Positions 49,495 to 58,615 of a DNA stretch of 64,000 nucleotides are shown one piece after another. The stretch lies in NCBI GenBank assembly GCA_030603385.1, contig JAUVXW010000007.1:73678-137677 (forward strand), written 5' to 3'. The DNA comes from Promethearchaeota archaeon (GTDB lineage: Archaea > Asgardarchaeota > Lokiarchaeia > Sigyniarchaeales > SOKP01). Under the pieces are notes generated by a model. That model was not told the origin of the DNA and searched no databases. It saw only the letters and a program-made list of their open reading frames with translations. How positions within the stretch are numbered: the first letter of the stretch is position 1; every line of letters starts with the position of its first letter. The position numbers and the translations under genes were made by a program.

Positions 49495-51070
49495 AATTTT
49501 AATAATCACCGGGCAAAATAGCTATAACATAATAGAAAAGATAGTTGTTTCTGTAAAAGAACATAGAATAAATATAATTAAAGCACCTACATCAATTTCG
49601 GCGTTTCTAACAGAGCAAGAAACATCTTCAATTTTAGAAAAGACACAAATTTTTAACTATGATTTGGTCTTATTACCTGGTTTTGTCCAATGGGATTCAT
49701 CGAAATTAGAAGAAAATTTTTTTATTAAAATTAGAAAAGGACCTGAATTTGCTTCTGATTTACCAGTTATCTTAAAAAATCTAGATCAAATTGAGTTGTC
49801 AACCAACCTTCCAGCAAATAGATTATTAGAGGTTTCTGGAGAAAGTGAATACCATGATTTTGTAAAAAAACAACTAATAATTGCAAAGGAAGAGCTAGGG
49901 TATCATACATTTTATATCAATAAAGAAAAATCCAATCTAATAATAGGTAGGTATTTACCACCACCAATAATAGCTGAAATAGTAAATTGTACAAATAAAG
50001 ACAATGATAATATTCTCAAAAAAGTAAAGCATTATATCGATTCAGGGACAGACATTATAGATATTGGATGTATATCTAATAAACCTAATCCAGAAAGAAT
50101 TAAGGAAATAATCGACTTAATCAGGTCTAAATATAATGTTTTAATAAGTATTGATTCTATGGATAGTAAAGAAATCAATGCAGCAATAGATCAAGATATT
50201 GATCTTATTCTAAGTCTAGATTTAGGTAATTACAAAGAATTCTTGAATCTCCCTAAGAATATTCCCATCGTTATTCTCCCTACTAATATGAAACAAGCAT
50301 ATTTTCCTAAAGAACCTGATGTACGGGTTAAAAATTTGTTCAAATTGACTGAAATATTACAGAATAGCGGATTTCAAAAATTAATTGCTGATCCCTTATT
50401 AGAAACGCCTATCAGCCCGGGAATATGTAATTCCTTAGAGACTTATTTTCTTTATAAAAAACAAATTACCCTTGAGAATTATAAAGGGTTTGAACTTCCC
50501 CTATTCTTTGGAATTTCAAATGTTGTTGAACTTATGGATATAGATTCGGTGGGAATAAATGGCCTTTTAGCTAGCATCGCTACGGAGCTAGATATTGGCA
50601 TTCTTTTTACTGTTGAACACAGTACAAAATTAATGGGAGGAGTAAGGGAGTTAAAAGAGAGTTTGAAATTGAATTATATTGCAAAATATAAAGAAACACC
50701 ACCGATAAATCAAGGATTATCCGTTTTTAAGGCGAAAGGAAAAACTAGTCAAGAGACACCACATATAAATAAAAAAGGAGCGATCATAGTTGATTCTTTA
50801 AATCCTCAATATGATCCAGATGAGAAAGGGTATTTTAAAATTTATGTAAATCATTATTCTAAACAAATCTACATTTTACATTTTTCAAATACGCATAAAC
50901 TATTAAATACAATGGTAGGAACGAATGCTGAAACGATAAGTAAAAAAATAGTAGAATTAAATATAACTGATCATGTACAGCATGTAAATTATCTTGGAAG
51001 GGAGTTAAGTAAAGCAGAAATATGTTTGCAAACAGGAAAACCATACATTCAAGATGAAAAAATAAAATAA
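49490..51070 (+). CDS. Dihydropteroate synthase-like protein with C-terminal DUF4346-like domain (methanopterin pathway)
   Basis: Pterin-binding TIM barrel (IIDIG, SIDS, ADP, NVVELMDIDSVGIN) and a H..YLGREL.KAE tail. The frame extends to an ATT at 49490, giving (M)KILIITG. Confidence 0.88.
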   Translation: MKILIITGQNSYNIIEKIVVSVKEHRINIIKAPTSISAFLTEQETSSILEKTQIFNYDLVLLPGFVQWDSSKLEENFFIKIRKGPEFASDLPVILKNLDQIELSTNLPANRLLEVSGESEYHDFVKKQLIIAKEELGYHTFYINKEKSNLIIGRYLPPPIIAEIVNCTNKDNDNILKKVKHYIDSGTDIIDIGCISNKPNPERIKEIIDLIRSKYNVLISIDSMDSKEINAAIDQDIDLILSLDLGNYKEFLNLPKNIPIVILPTNMKQAYFPKEPDVRVKNLFKLTEILQNSGFQKLIADPLLETPISPGICNSLETYFLYKKQITLENYKGFELPLFFGISNVVELMDIDSVGINGLLASIATELDIGILFTVEHSTKLMGGVRELKESLKLNYIAKYKETPPINQGLSVFKAKGKTSQETPHINKKGAIIVDSLNPQYDPDEKGYFKIYVNHYSKQIYILHFSNTHKLLNTMVGTNAETISKKIVELNITDHVQHVNYLGRELSKAEICLQTGKPYIQDEKIK

Positions 51071-51098
51071 AATAGTTGTTGGCTATACTTTAATCCAT

Positions 51099-51386
51099 TT
51101 ATACTATTTCAAAACAAGTTTTGAGATCCATACCTTTTTCCAATAAAGGTTGTAATTTCGTCATATTTTTTCCTAAATTAGCCATATGTGCCTTTATCGC
51201 ATCTCCGTCTTTATATTTCTCATACCATACTATTGTATTTTCTTGATCTTTTACCGTGTGAGGAATATAAGCTAATAAACCTGGCTCGGATGCTCTTACT
51301 TTTGGCACAATTTCTTTCAAAACTTCTTTTGCTTCTTCCATTTTACCTTCTTTAACGTGAATGGTCGCAATAATTGAAATTGTCAA
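51099..51386 (-). CDS. Antibiotic-biosynthesis-monooxygenase (ABM) family protein
   Basis: VKEGK, EPG...Y and YEKY...A...H motifs; GGAGGT Shine-Dalgarno site. Confidence 0.85.
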   Translation of the reverse strand: MTISIIATIHVKEGKMEEAKEVLKEIVPKVRASEPGLLAYIPHTVKDQENTIVWYEKYKDGDAIKAHMANLGKNMTKLQPLLEKGMDLKTCFEIV

Positions 51387-51612
51387 ATACTTTATACCTC
51401 CAAATTAATGATGAAATTTATAATGATAATTCAAATTTAAATGATTTCTAAAGTAAAATTGTAGCAGAGGTCAATTATAGTTTAAAAAAATTCAAGTAAG
51501 TTAATTTCACAAAAGGGAAAAAATATATTTAAGAATGAAATCTTTAAAAAAATTGCTAAGTTAAATAATCCTATTGTTATAGTAATATAACTAAATTAAA
51601 AGGAAGGAAATT

Positions 51613-53469
51613 ATGATTCCAAAAAAAATGGAAAAGTTTCTTAACGAACGGTTACCGGAAGCTACTCTTAAAACCCATCTTAAAAAAGATAATGGAAAGT
51701 GTTATTTAGAATTTAGTAATGTAGATGAACATCTTTTATCCAGACTTGGAATAATTGTTGATAAATTAGGACCCTACCTCGTTTCATGCATTTGGGATGA
51801 AAAATCACCAATAGAAATTGGGGGTTATCTTGTAGTCGACAATCTAAGTATGGGTCAACCGAGTATGGGGGGAATTAGGATGCTACCTAATATAATACCT
51901 TCAGATATTCATAATTTAGCTAGAGGTATGACATTAAAAAATGCAGCAGCTAATCTTCCCTATGGTGGAGGGAAGTCTGGGATCGTTGCTGAGAGAGATA
52001 TCACTATAGAGCATCGGAATGAAATTATTCGTGGTTTTGCTAAATTAATACACAGATATATCGACATTTATTTGCCCGGACCAGATGTTGGCACTAATGA
52101 TGCTGATATGAAGACTATTGCAACAGAAAATGGTATAGATTGCGTTCTATCGAAACCTGCTGAGATGGGAGGTAATCGAATTGATGAGCTCGGTGCTGCT
52201 GCTGGAGGTGTGGTTATTGCATTACAAACATTATTACAAATCATGCCTAGATTAAGAGTACTCTCTCAATTTGCTAATTTAGAAATTCCAGAATCTAATG
52301 ATCTTAAAGTCTTAATTCAGGGTTTTGGTGCTGTTGGAGCGCATGTTGCTCGTATAATGAAAGAAAGAATTCCTGAAGCTAAGGTAATAGGCATAAGCGA
52401 TTTAGAAGGTTACTTATTTAATGAATCTGGTTTGCCGATTAATGATCTTTTCAAATTATGGGAAGAAAAACGCCTAGTAACTAATAATTATTTTCAAGAA
52501 AAAATAATATCAGAAGGTTACAAACACCCTACCAAATTTTCCACGAATAGAAATAATTTACTTCTTGAGAATGCTTTTTGTTTAATGCCTGCCGCACCTG
52601 TTTTTAATTATTTAGGCGTACGCCTATCTGAATCTCCCTCAATAACAGTTGACCGTATGGGTGACTGGGCGTTAATTGTAGAAGGAGCTAACACATACAG
52701 CCCAGACCCAAACAGAAAGGCTGCACGAACTCGAATGGAACAAATGGTATATAGAGAGAAAGGTGTAATGATCGCCAATGATTACTTAGTTAATTCTGGT
52801 GGCGTAATCTTTGCTGCTCAAGAACATATTATTAAATCACCAGATTATTTACAAATACCTGAAGAAATGTTAGGTGATAGTAAAGCTGTAGAAAAATGGT
52901 TGAAAGATCATGCAAAAGATTTTTCTGAGCTGTCAAAACGACGCTTAAAAGCTGGAGAGGAATATAGAGAAGATGTTATTCATCACAATATGATTGAATT
53001 AGTTGATTTACTAGCAGCGAATCCAGATATGCTCCCTTCAACAGCAGCTGAACGCATTAGTCTTCAACGTTTAACCGCAAAGGAAAGTGAACGTACGGCA
53101 AAAGATATTATGATTTCAATACCAACTATTGATGTAAATAGCAGGATCCAAGACGCTGCTGCCCTAATGATTGAAAAAAATAGTGGAATAATCGCTGTAC
53201 TTTCTCAAAATAAACTTGTAGGAGTAGTAACAGATTGGGATGTAACTTCTGCCGTAGCTTCTGATAGTTGTGATGTCGAACTTGAAAAAGTAATGACTAA
53301 GGATGTCATTTTGGCATCTCCAGATTTTTCTATTCTAGATATTGTTCGAGAACTAGAGCAATATCAAATTTCTGCGATGCCTGTAGTGGAACAAGGAAAG
53401 GTTTTAGGTATGGTTAATTCGGATCTGATAACACAACGCTATTTCTTAGAATATTTACAAACTCACTAA
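51613..53469 (+). CDS. Glu/Leu/Phe/Val dehydrogenase fused to a C-terminal CBS pair
   Basis: GGIR, MTLKNA, GGGKSG, GPDVGT, QGFGAVG, EGAN and NSGGV motifs, followed by two CBS repeats. Confidence 0.88.
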   Translation: MIPKKMEKFLNERLPEATLKTHLKKDNGKCYLEFSNVDEHLLSRLGIIVDKLGPYLVSCIWDEKSPIEIGGYLVVDNLSMGQPSMGGIRMLPNIIPSDIHNLARGMTLKNAAANLPYGGGKSGIVAERDITIEHRNEIIRGFAKLIHRYIDIYLPGPDVGTNDADMKTIATENGIDCVLSKPAEMGGNRIDELGAAAGGVVIALQTLLQIMPRLRVLSQFANLEIPESNDLKVLIQGFGAVGAHVARIMKERIPEAKVIGISDLEGYLFNESGLPINDLFKLWEEKRLVTNNYFQEKIISEGYKHPTKFSTNRNNLLLENAFCLMPAAPVFNYLGVRLSESPSITVDRMGDWALIVEGANTYSPDPNRKAARTRMEQMVYREKGVMIANDYLVNSGGVIFAAQEHIIKSPDYLQIPEEMLGDSKAVEKWLKDHAKDFSELSKRRLKAGEEYREDVIHHNMIELVDLLAANPDMLPSTAAERISLQRLTAKESERTAKDIMISIPTIDVNSRIQDAAALMIEKNSGIIAVLSQNKLVGVVTDWDVTSAVASDSCDVELEKVMTKDVILASPDFSILDIVRELEQYQISAMPVVEQGKVLGMVNSDLITQRYFLEYLQTH

Positions 53470-53472
53470 TGA

Positions 53473-54603
53473 TTAATAAAATTTCAGAATTTTATATAAA
53501 GTATCTCTCTGAGCTGGTTTCTTGCCAGCTGCTTTAATTATTTTGATAATTTCTTCTGGAGCCAAATACTGACCAAATTCCGCTCCAGCACTTCTTGATA
53601 TATTTTCCTCCATTAAGGTTCCCGAAAAATCGTTTACACCATAATTTAAAGAGATTTGAGCAAGACGAGGTCCAAGCTTTACCCAAGAGCATTGTAGATT
53701 ATCAATGTAATTATTTAGAAATATTCGAGACAAACAAAATAATTTTAAATCTGCTATCCCATAACTTGGTTTTAAGGGATGATCTTCTAATCTAGATAAA
53801 ATGGGATTTTCTTTTACAAATGGTAAAGGTACGAACTCTGTAAATCCATTAGTCTCCTTCTGAATACTTTTCAAAACTTCTAAATGTTTAATCCTATCCT
53901 CCAGAGATTCAATATGTCCATACATTATAGTTGAAGTTGTTGGGATTTTCAGGTTATGTGCCATAGTGATAATATCAATCCATTGCTGAGTGGAAACTTT
54001 ATTAGGGCATACAATTTTCCTAATTTCATCAACTAAAATCTCTGCTGCCGTTCCTGGAATTGAATCTAATCCTGCTTTTTTTAGCTCTTTTAAGGTATTT
54101 TCTATTGAACTTCCATATAATTCCGACATGAAGTAGATTTCTTGTGGAGAAAATGCATGAGTATGCATATTTCTATCAATATTTTTAACCACTTTGAGAA
54201 TATCTAAATAAAAATCAAATTTTAATTCAGGATTTATTCCACCTTGAATACACACTTCTGAGCAATTTGAATTTTTCGCTTCAAATACCCTATCTCTAAT
54301 TTCATCTAAAGATAATAAAAATGCATCTTTGTGATTAGCTGGTAAACTAAATGAGCAAAATTTACATCCTTGAAAACATATATTTGTAAAATTTATATTT
54401 CGATTAATCACAAAAGTTACGATATCTTCTTTCTTTTCAAAACAAATTTTATTTGCTACATATTGTAATGCAAAAAATTCTTTTCCACTAACTTTTAATA
54501 ATTTTAACGCTTCCTTAGAGGAAATTTCCTCATTTTTCAACGCTTTTTCTAGGATTTCCTTTATATCTGTTTTTATTTGACTGAACATCTGAGAAGCTAA
54601 CAT
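53473..54603 (-). CDS. cofH: FO synthase subunit CofH
   Basis: NRNINFTNICFQGCKFCSF, PGTAAEIL, FTEFVPL, SWVKLG and GTLMEENIS motifs. Confidence 0.92.
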   Translation of the reverse strand: MLASQMFSQIKTDIKEILEKALKNEEISSKEALKLLKVSGKEFFALQYVANKICFEKKEDIVTFVINRNINFTNICFQGCKFCSFSLPANHKDAFLLSLDEIRDRVFEAKNSNCSEVCIQGGINPELKFDFYLDILKVVKNIDRNMHTHAFSPQEIYFMSELYGSSIENTLKELKKAGLDSIPGTAAEILVDEIRKIVCPNKVSTQQWIDIITMAHNLKIPTTSTIMYGHIESLEDRIKHLEVLKSIQKETNGFTEFVPLPFVKENPILSRLEDHPLKPSYGIADLKLFCLSRIFLNNYIDNLQCSWVKLGPRLAQISLNYGVNDFSGTLMEENISRSAGAEFGQYLAPEEIIKIIKAAGKKPAQRDTLYKILKFY

Positions 54604-55706
54604 TAATAATTTATATTATCTATAGTTTTTTTAATACTTTTTGGGCAAAAGTCCTTTTTATTTATAAACTTATCATAGATTGGGAGCCTCTCTTTAAGTG
54701 TATAACCTTTAGATCCACAGATCTTTTTTAATTCATCAATTTGAGGCCACTTATTTTCTGGATTAATATAATCTAAAGTAACTGGAGATATCCCGCCAAA
54801 ATCATTTATTCCCATTTCAATTAATTCTTTTTCATATCCAGATATTAGATTAGGTGGAACTTGGATGGAAATATCATTTTCAAAAATAATTTTCGCAATT
54901 CCTACAATTCTTAAAATATCTTCAATTTTAATTGCTATTTTTGGTTTATACAAAATTCCTGGTTTTTCTACAAAGTTTTGGATTATTACCTCTTGTATAT
55001 GACCATAAGTTTCGTAAATGCTTTTAATTAATAACAAATCTCTTATTCTATCATCGAAAGATTCCCCAATCCCTAATAATAATCCTGTGGTAAAGGGTAT
55101 TCTTAATTTTCCTGCATTATTTATATGCTCAATCCGTTTAGAAGGGATTTTTCCTGGTGATTGTTCATGTACCTCACCTTTCTCGAATAGTTTCATACTA
55201 GTACTCTCAAGCATCAAACCCATACTAGCGTTATAATCTTTTAATAGTTTCAATTCATCAAAAGTAAGTATTCCTAAATTAGTGTGAGGTAATAGATTAA
55301 AATCTAATAAATATGCAGATATATCCTTCACAAATTCAATAAAATCACTACAATCTCTTTTTTTTAGTTCATCCTTCACTTCCTTAAAACTATCTGGTTT
55401 TTCTCCAGATATTATTAAAGCCTCTTTACAATTGAAACTAATTCCTCTCTGAATTATAGTTCGCATTTGCTCGTTTCCAAGTAATATGATATTTCGTTCT
55501 CCATCTATTTTAGGGATTTTATGGTTATAAAAACAATAACTACAGAAATTTTGACAATAATTTGATAATGAGAGTGTAAAATTTTTTGAATAAGTAATCA
55601 CAAATCTTTTTTCTTTAGGTACTGCGGATTTTATATCTTTGACTTTCTCTCTTAATCTTTTAATGGAAAGACTTTTTAGCAGTTCAATTTTTTCTTCATT
55701 CATCAT
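54603..55706 (-). CDS. cofG: FO synthase subunit CofG
   Basis: ITYSKN, CQNFCSYC, LPHTN, SMGLMLE, FTTGLL, QVPPNL and GGISPVT motifs. Confidence 0.92.
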   Translation of the reverse strand: MMNEEKIELLKSLSIKRLREKVKDIKSAVPKEKRFVITYSKNFTLSLSNYCQNFCSYCFYNHKIPKIDGERNIILLGNEQMRTIIQRGISFNCKEALIISGEKPDSFKEVKDELKKRDCSDFIEFVKDISAYLLDFNLLPHTNLGILTFDELKLLKDYNASMGLMLESTSMKLFEKGEVHEQSPGKIPSKRIEHINNAGKLRIPFTTGLLLGIGESFDDRIRDLLLIKSIYETYGHIQEVIIQNFVEKPGILYKPKIAIKIEDILRIVGIAKIIFENDISIQVPPNLISGYEKELIEMGINDFGGISPVTLDYINPENKWPQIDELKKICGSKGYTLKERLPIYDKFINKKDFCPKSIKKTIDNINY

Positions 55707-56380
55707 TGCTTCCTACGATATCTTAAAATTACATAATTATTCCTGTTATTTATTTCGATTAAATCAAATCTTAATGCATCAGTCATTTTATCAAAACCTA
55801 TTCCCTCCACTAAACTAATTGCTTCTTTCCCCCCTACAATCCAAGGTGCTACAGTAAGTCTTATTTCATCAATTAAATCTTCTTCTATAAAACTCCAATT
55901 CAAATTTCCTCCACCTTCTAGTAAAATAGAATTTATTCCACAATCCTTTAAAATTGGCATGAGTTTTTTTAAATCCACACATTCTCTCGTTCCCGCTTTG
56001 ATAACTTTAACTTTTTTCTCTTCATATTTTTTTATCTCATTGAGAGATACGTTTTCAGTTGTGCAAATTATTGTAGGATAAATCTCTGGTTGAAAAGAAA
56101 TGACATTGGATTCAATTGGGATAGCAAGGTTGCTATCTACAACAATTCTATAGTAGCCAGTATGGTCATAAAATTTAATATGCAATTTTGGATTGTCTTT
56201 CAAAATTGTACCTTTCCCAACCATTATAGCATCAACCTGTGTTCTTAATTTATGAACTTCTTTCCAATCAACCTCATCAGATAACTCCGGATCTCCCGTT
56301 TTAGAAGCAATTTTTCCATCGATCGTCATCGCTGAGCTTAATATGATATATGGTTTTTCAGTTTCTCTCAAATACCACAT
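55703..56380 (-). CDS. arfC: 2,5-diamino-6-ribosylamino-4(3H)-pyrimidinone 5'-phosphate reductase
   Basis: AMTIDGKIA, VHKLR, DAIMVG, DNPKL and LEGGG motifs. Confidence 0.9.
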   Translation of the reverse strand: MWYLRETEKPYIILSSAMTIDGKIASKTGDPELSDEVDWKEVHKLRTQVDAIMVGKGTILKDNPKLHIKFYDHTGYYRIVVDSNLAIPIESNVISFQPEIYPTIICTTENVSLNEIKKYEEKKVKVIKAGTRECVDLKKLMPILKDCGINSILLEGGGNLNWSFIEEDLIDEIRLTVAPWIVGGKEAISLVEGIGFDKMTDALRFDLIEINNRNNYVILRYRRKQ

Positions 56381-57527
56381 CTCCTTTTATATAGGTTTTT
56401 ATAATATTTTCTGATCTTGTTCTTTGAACAATTATATCAAGGATATTGCTTTCATCTAGCTCATTTACGTAAAGGTTTGAATCATTTAAGTTTATCACGA
56501 AGAAATCTGCGTATCTTCCTACTGATATAGCACCACGTTTAGTCTCCAAATGAAAGTTTTTAGCTGCATTAATTGTCACCATTTTTAATAATTCTTTAGA
56601 GGTTAATTGTATTGTTTTATCATAACTCCCTAAAACCCTTGAAATTCGATATAAATAACGCATTTCTTCAAATAAATCAGAATTATTAGCCATTAAATTA
56701 TCTGTTCCTAAAGATATAGGAATTTTTAATCTTAGAATTTCTGTAATAGGTGGAAATCCCACTCCAAAATATCCATTACATCGAGGACATAAAATTAATG
56801 ATTTCTTTTCTTTTTGAATTCTTTCTAAATCTTCTTTAATAAATTTTGTTCCATGAACGATTATATCAACTAAATTATCGTTAAACAAATCACTTATTAA
56901 TCTTAAATTGCGATTTCTTTCAGCGCAATGGCAAGAAATTAGTTTTTTAGTATTTTGTTTTGATTTGGCAATAAATTTCTTATTGTTGGCAGAAATTTTG
57001 TCATAACTAGCCAATCCAAGGCCATCCGCTAATTCAAAAATTAAATCTATTTCGCTCTCATCCATAAATCGACCGAAAATTAAACAATTTATTGGAAATT
57101 GTTCTATAGATTTTTTTAAAAGTTTTACACCATCAATGCCCCCTTCCCTGAAATCAATAAAACAAGTTATTCCATTTGAAAGCATTTCTAAGGTTGCATT
57201 TTTAATACCTTTAATTATGATCTCTTCAGAAGTTTGCCTAAGCAGTTTATGCTTGAGACCAAACGGTGGTGCTACAACTTCAGCTAAGTCTTTATTAAAT
57301 CCTAATTCTTTCGCAAAATTATCTCCAATATGGGTATGAGAATTAATTAAACCTGGTAATAATAAATGATTTTGCATGTTTTCCGCAATTTCGATAGATG
57401 TTTCTGGATTTTTATGATTAATTTCTAAAATAATTCCATTTTCATCTATTTCTATAAAAACATCTCTCTTAAGCACTAAATCCTCTCCGATTAGTGCAAA
57501 TTTCGTGAAAATTCTTTTGTTGGGCAT
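56358..57527 (-). CDS. Metal-dependent amidohydrolase/deaminase
   Basis: PGLINSHTHIGD, DFREGG, HCAE, VHGT, CPR.N and LGTDN motifs. Confidence 0.85.
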   Translation of the reverse strand: MPNKRIFTKFALIGEDLVLKRDVFIEIDENGIILEINHKNPETSIEIAENMQNHLLLPGLINSHTHIGDNFAKELGFNKDLAEVVAPPFGLKHKLLRQTSEEIIIKGIKNATLEMLSNGITCFIDFREGGIDGVKLLKKSIEQFPINCLIFGRFMDESEIDLIFELADGLGLASYDKISANNKKFIAKSKQNTKKLISCHCAERNRNLRLISDLFNDNLVDIIVHGTKFIKEDLERIQKEKKSLILCPRCNGYFGVGFPPITEILRLKIPISLGTDNLMANNSDLFEEMRYLYRISRVLGSYDKTIQLTSKELLKMVTINAAKNFHLETKRGAISVGRYADFFVINLNDSNLYVNELDESNILDIIVQRTRSENIIKTYIKGDVVFERN

Positions 57528-57647
57528 ATACTTGAAAAAATCAAATTATTTGAAAGATATAATATAAAATATATCTAATCTTTTTTAAGAATAGAGAAAA
57601 TAAAAATAAATATTTAAAACTGGTGTTTCAAAATTCATAAATTTAAA

Positions 57648-58592
57648 ATGGATTTACAGGATTCTGGTTCAGCAATAGATATTGCTATAGATAAAGTCGG
57701 AATAGTTGAAATGGAGAAAAAAGTTGAAATCGTACAAGAGAACAAAAATTACTCTTTTTATCCTAAGATTTCAGCATTAATCGATCTTCCTGCCCAACAG
57801 CGTGGTATCCATATGTCGCGAACTACTGAAACTATAGAGGAAGTTATAAATGAAGTAATATATAAACCAACCCCTACAATTGAATTGGTAGGTGATAGAA
57901 TTGTTAAAAGGTTACTAGAACAACATCCATACACTTCAAAAGCAGAAGTAAAATTAGAGGGAAAGATTATCGTACAAGTAAGAGAAAATAATACTAGGAA
58001 CATCCAAAAATCTTACAGTATTAGTTCCTACGTCAATGCTAACAGAAAATCGTCTGATGAAATTGAATATCTCTACTTCATTGGAGCAAGTGCTGTGGGG
58101 ATGACTGTATGTCCCTGTGCAAAAGAAATGTCTCAAGAATACGCCACAGAAATTATTAAAACTAGAAAAGATATAAAAATCAATGATGAAGATCTTAAGA
58201 AATTAATAAATATACTACCCTTTTCCTCACATAATCAAAGATCCATTGGTACTATTATGGTTCAAATAAAAGACTTAACTGGTCAAAAGATTGATGTTTT
58301 AGATATCATTGATGTAATTGAAGAATCTATGAGTGGCAAGATACAATCTGTATTAAAAAGACCTGAAGAAGCCGAATTAATAAGAAGTGCTCATTTAAAA
58401 CCTTTATTCTCAGAAGATGTTATCAGGGAAATGGCAAAAAATTTCATTTTGAGAGACTTTCCAAACATAGAAGATAATTATGAAATAATATTTAAAATTG
58501 AAAGTTTTGAATCTATTCACCCTCATAATGTTTATGCTGAATTAAAAACTAGCATTGGAGAGTTAAAAAAAAAATTAAAAATAGAAAAATAA
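57648..58592 (+). CDS. mptA: GTP cyclohydrolase MptA (FolE2 family)
   Basis: RGIHMSR, TVCPCA, HNQR, LKRPEE, EDVIR and ESIHPHN motifs. Confidence 0.92.
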   Translation: MDLQDSGSAIDIAIDKVGIVEMEKKVEIVQENKNYSFYPKISALIDLPAQQRGIHMSRTTETIEEVINEVIYKPTPTIELVGDRIVKRLLEQHPYTSKAEVKLEGKIIVQVRENNTRNIQKSYSISSYVNANRKSSDEIEYLYFIGASAVGMTVCPCAKEMSQEYATEIIKTRKDIKINDEDLKKLINILPFSSHNQRSIGTIMVQIKDLTGQKIDVLDIIDVIEESMSGKIQSVLKRPEEAELIRSAHLKPLFSEDVIREMAKNFILRDFPNIEDNYEIIFKIESFESIHPHNVYAELKTSIGELKKKLKIEK

Positions 58593-58615
58593 TTATCTCA
58601 AATTTTCCTTGTATC

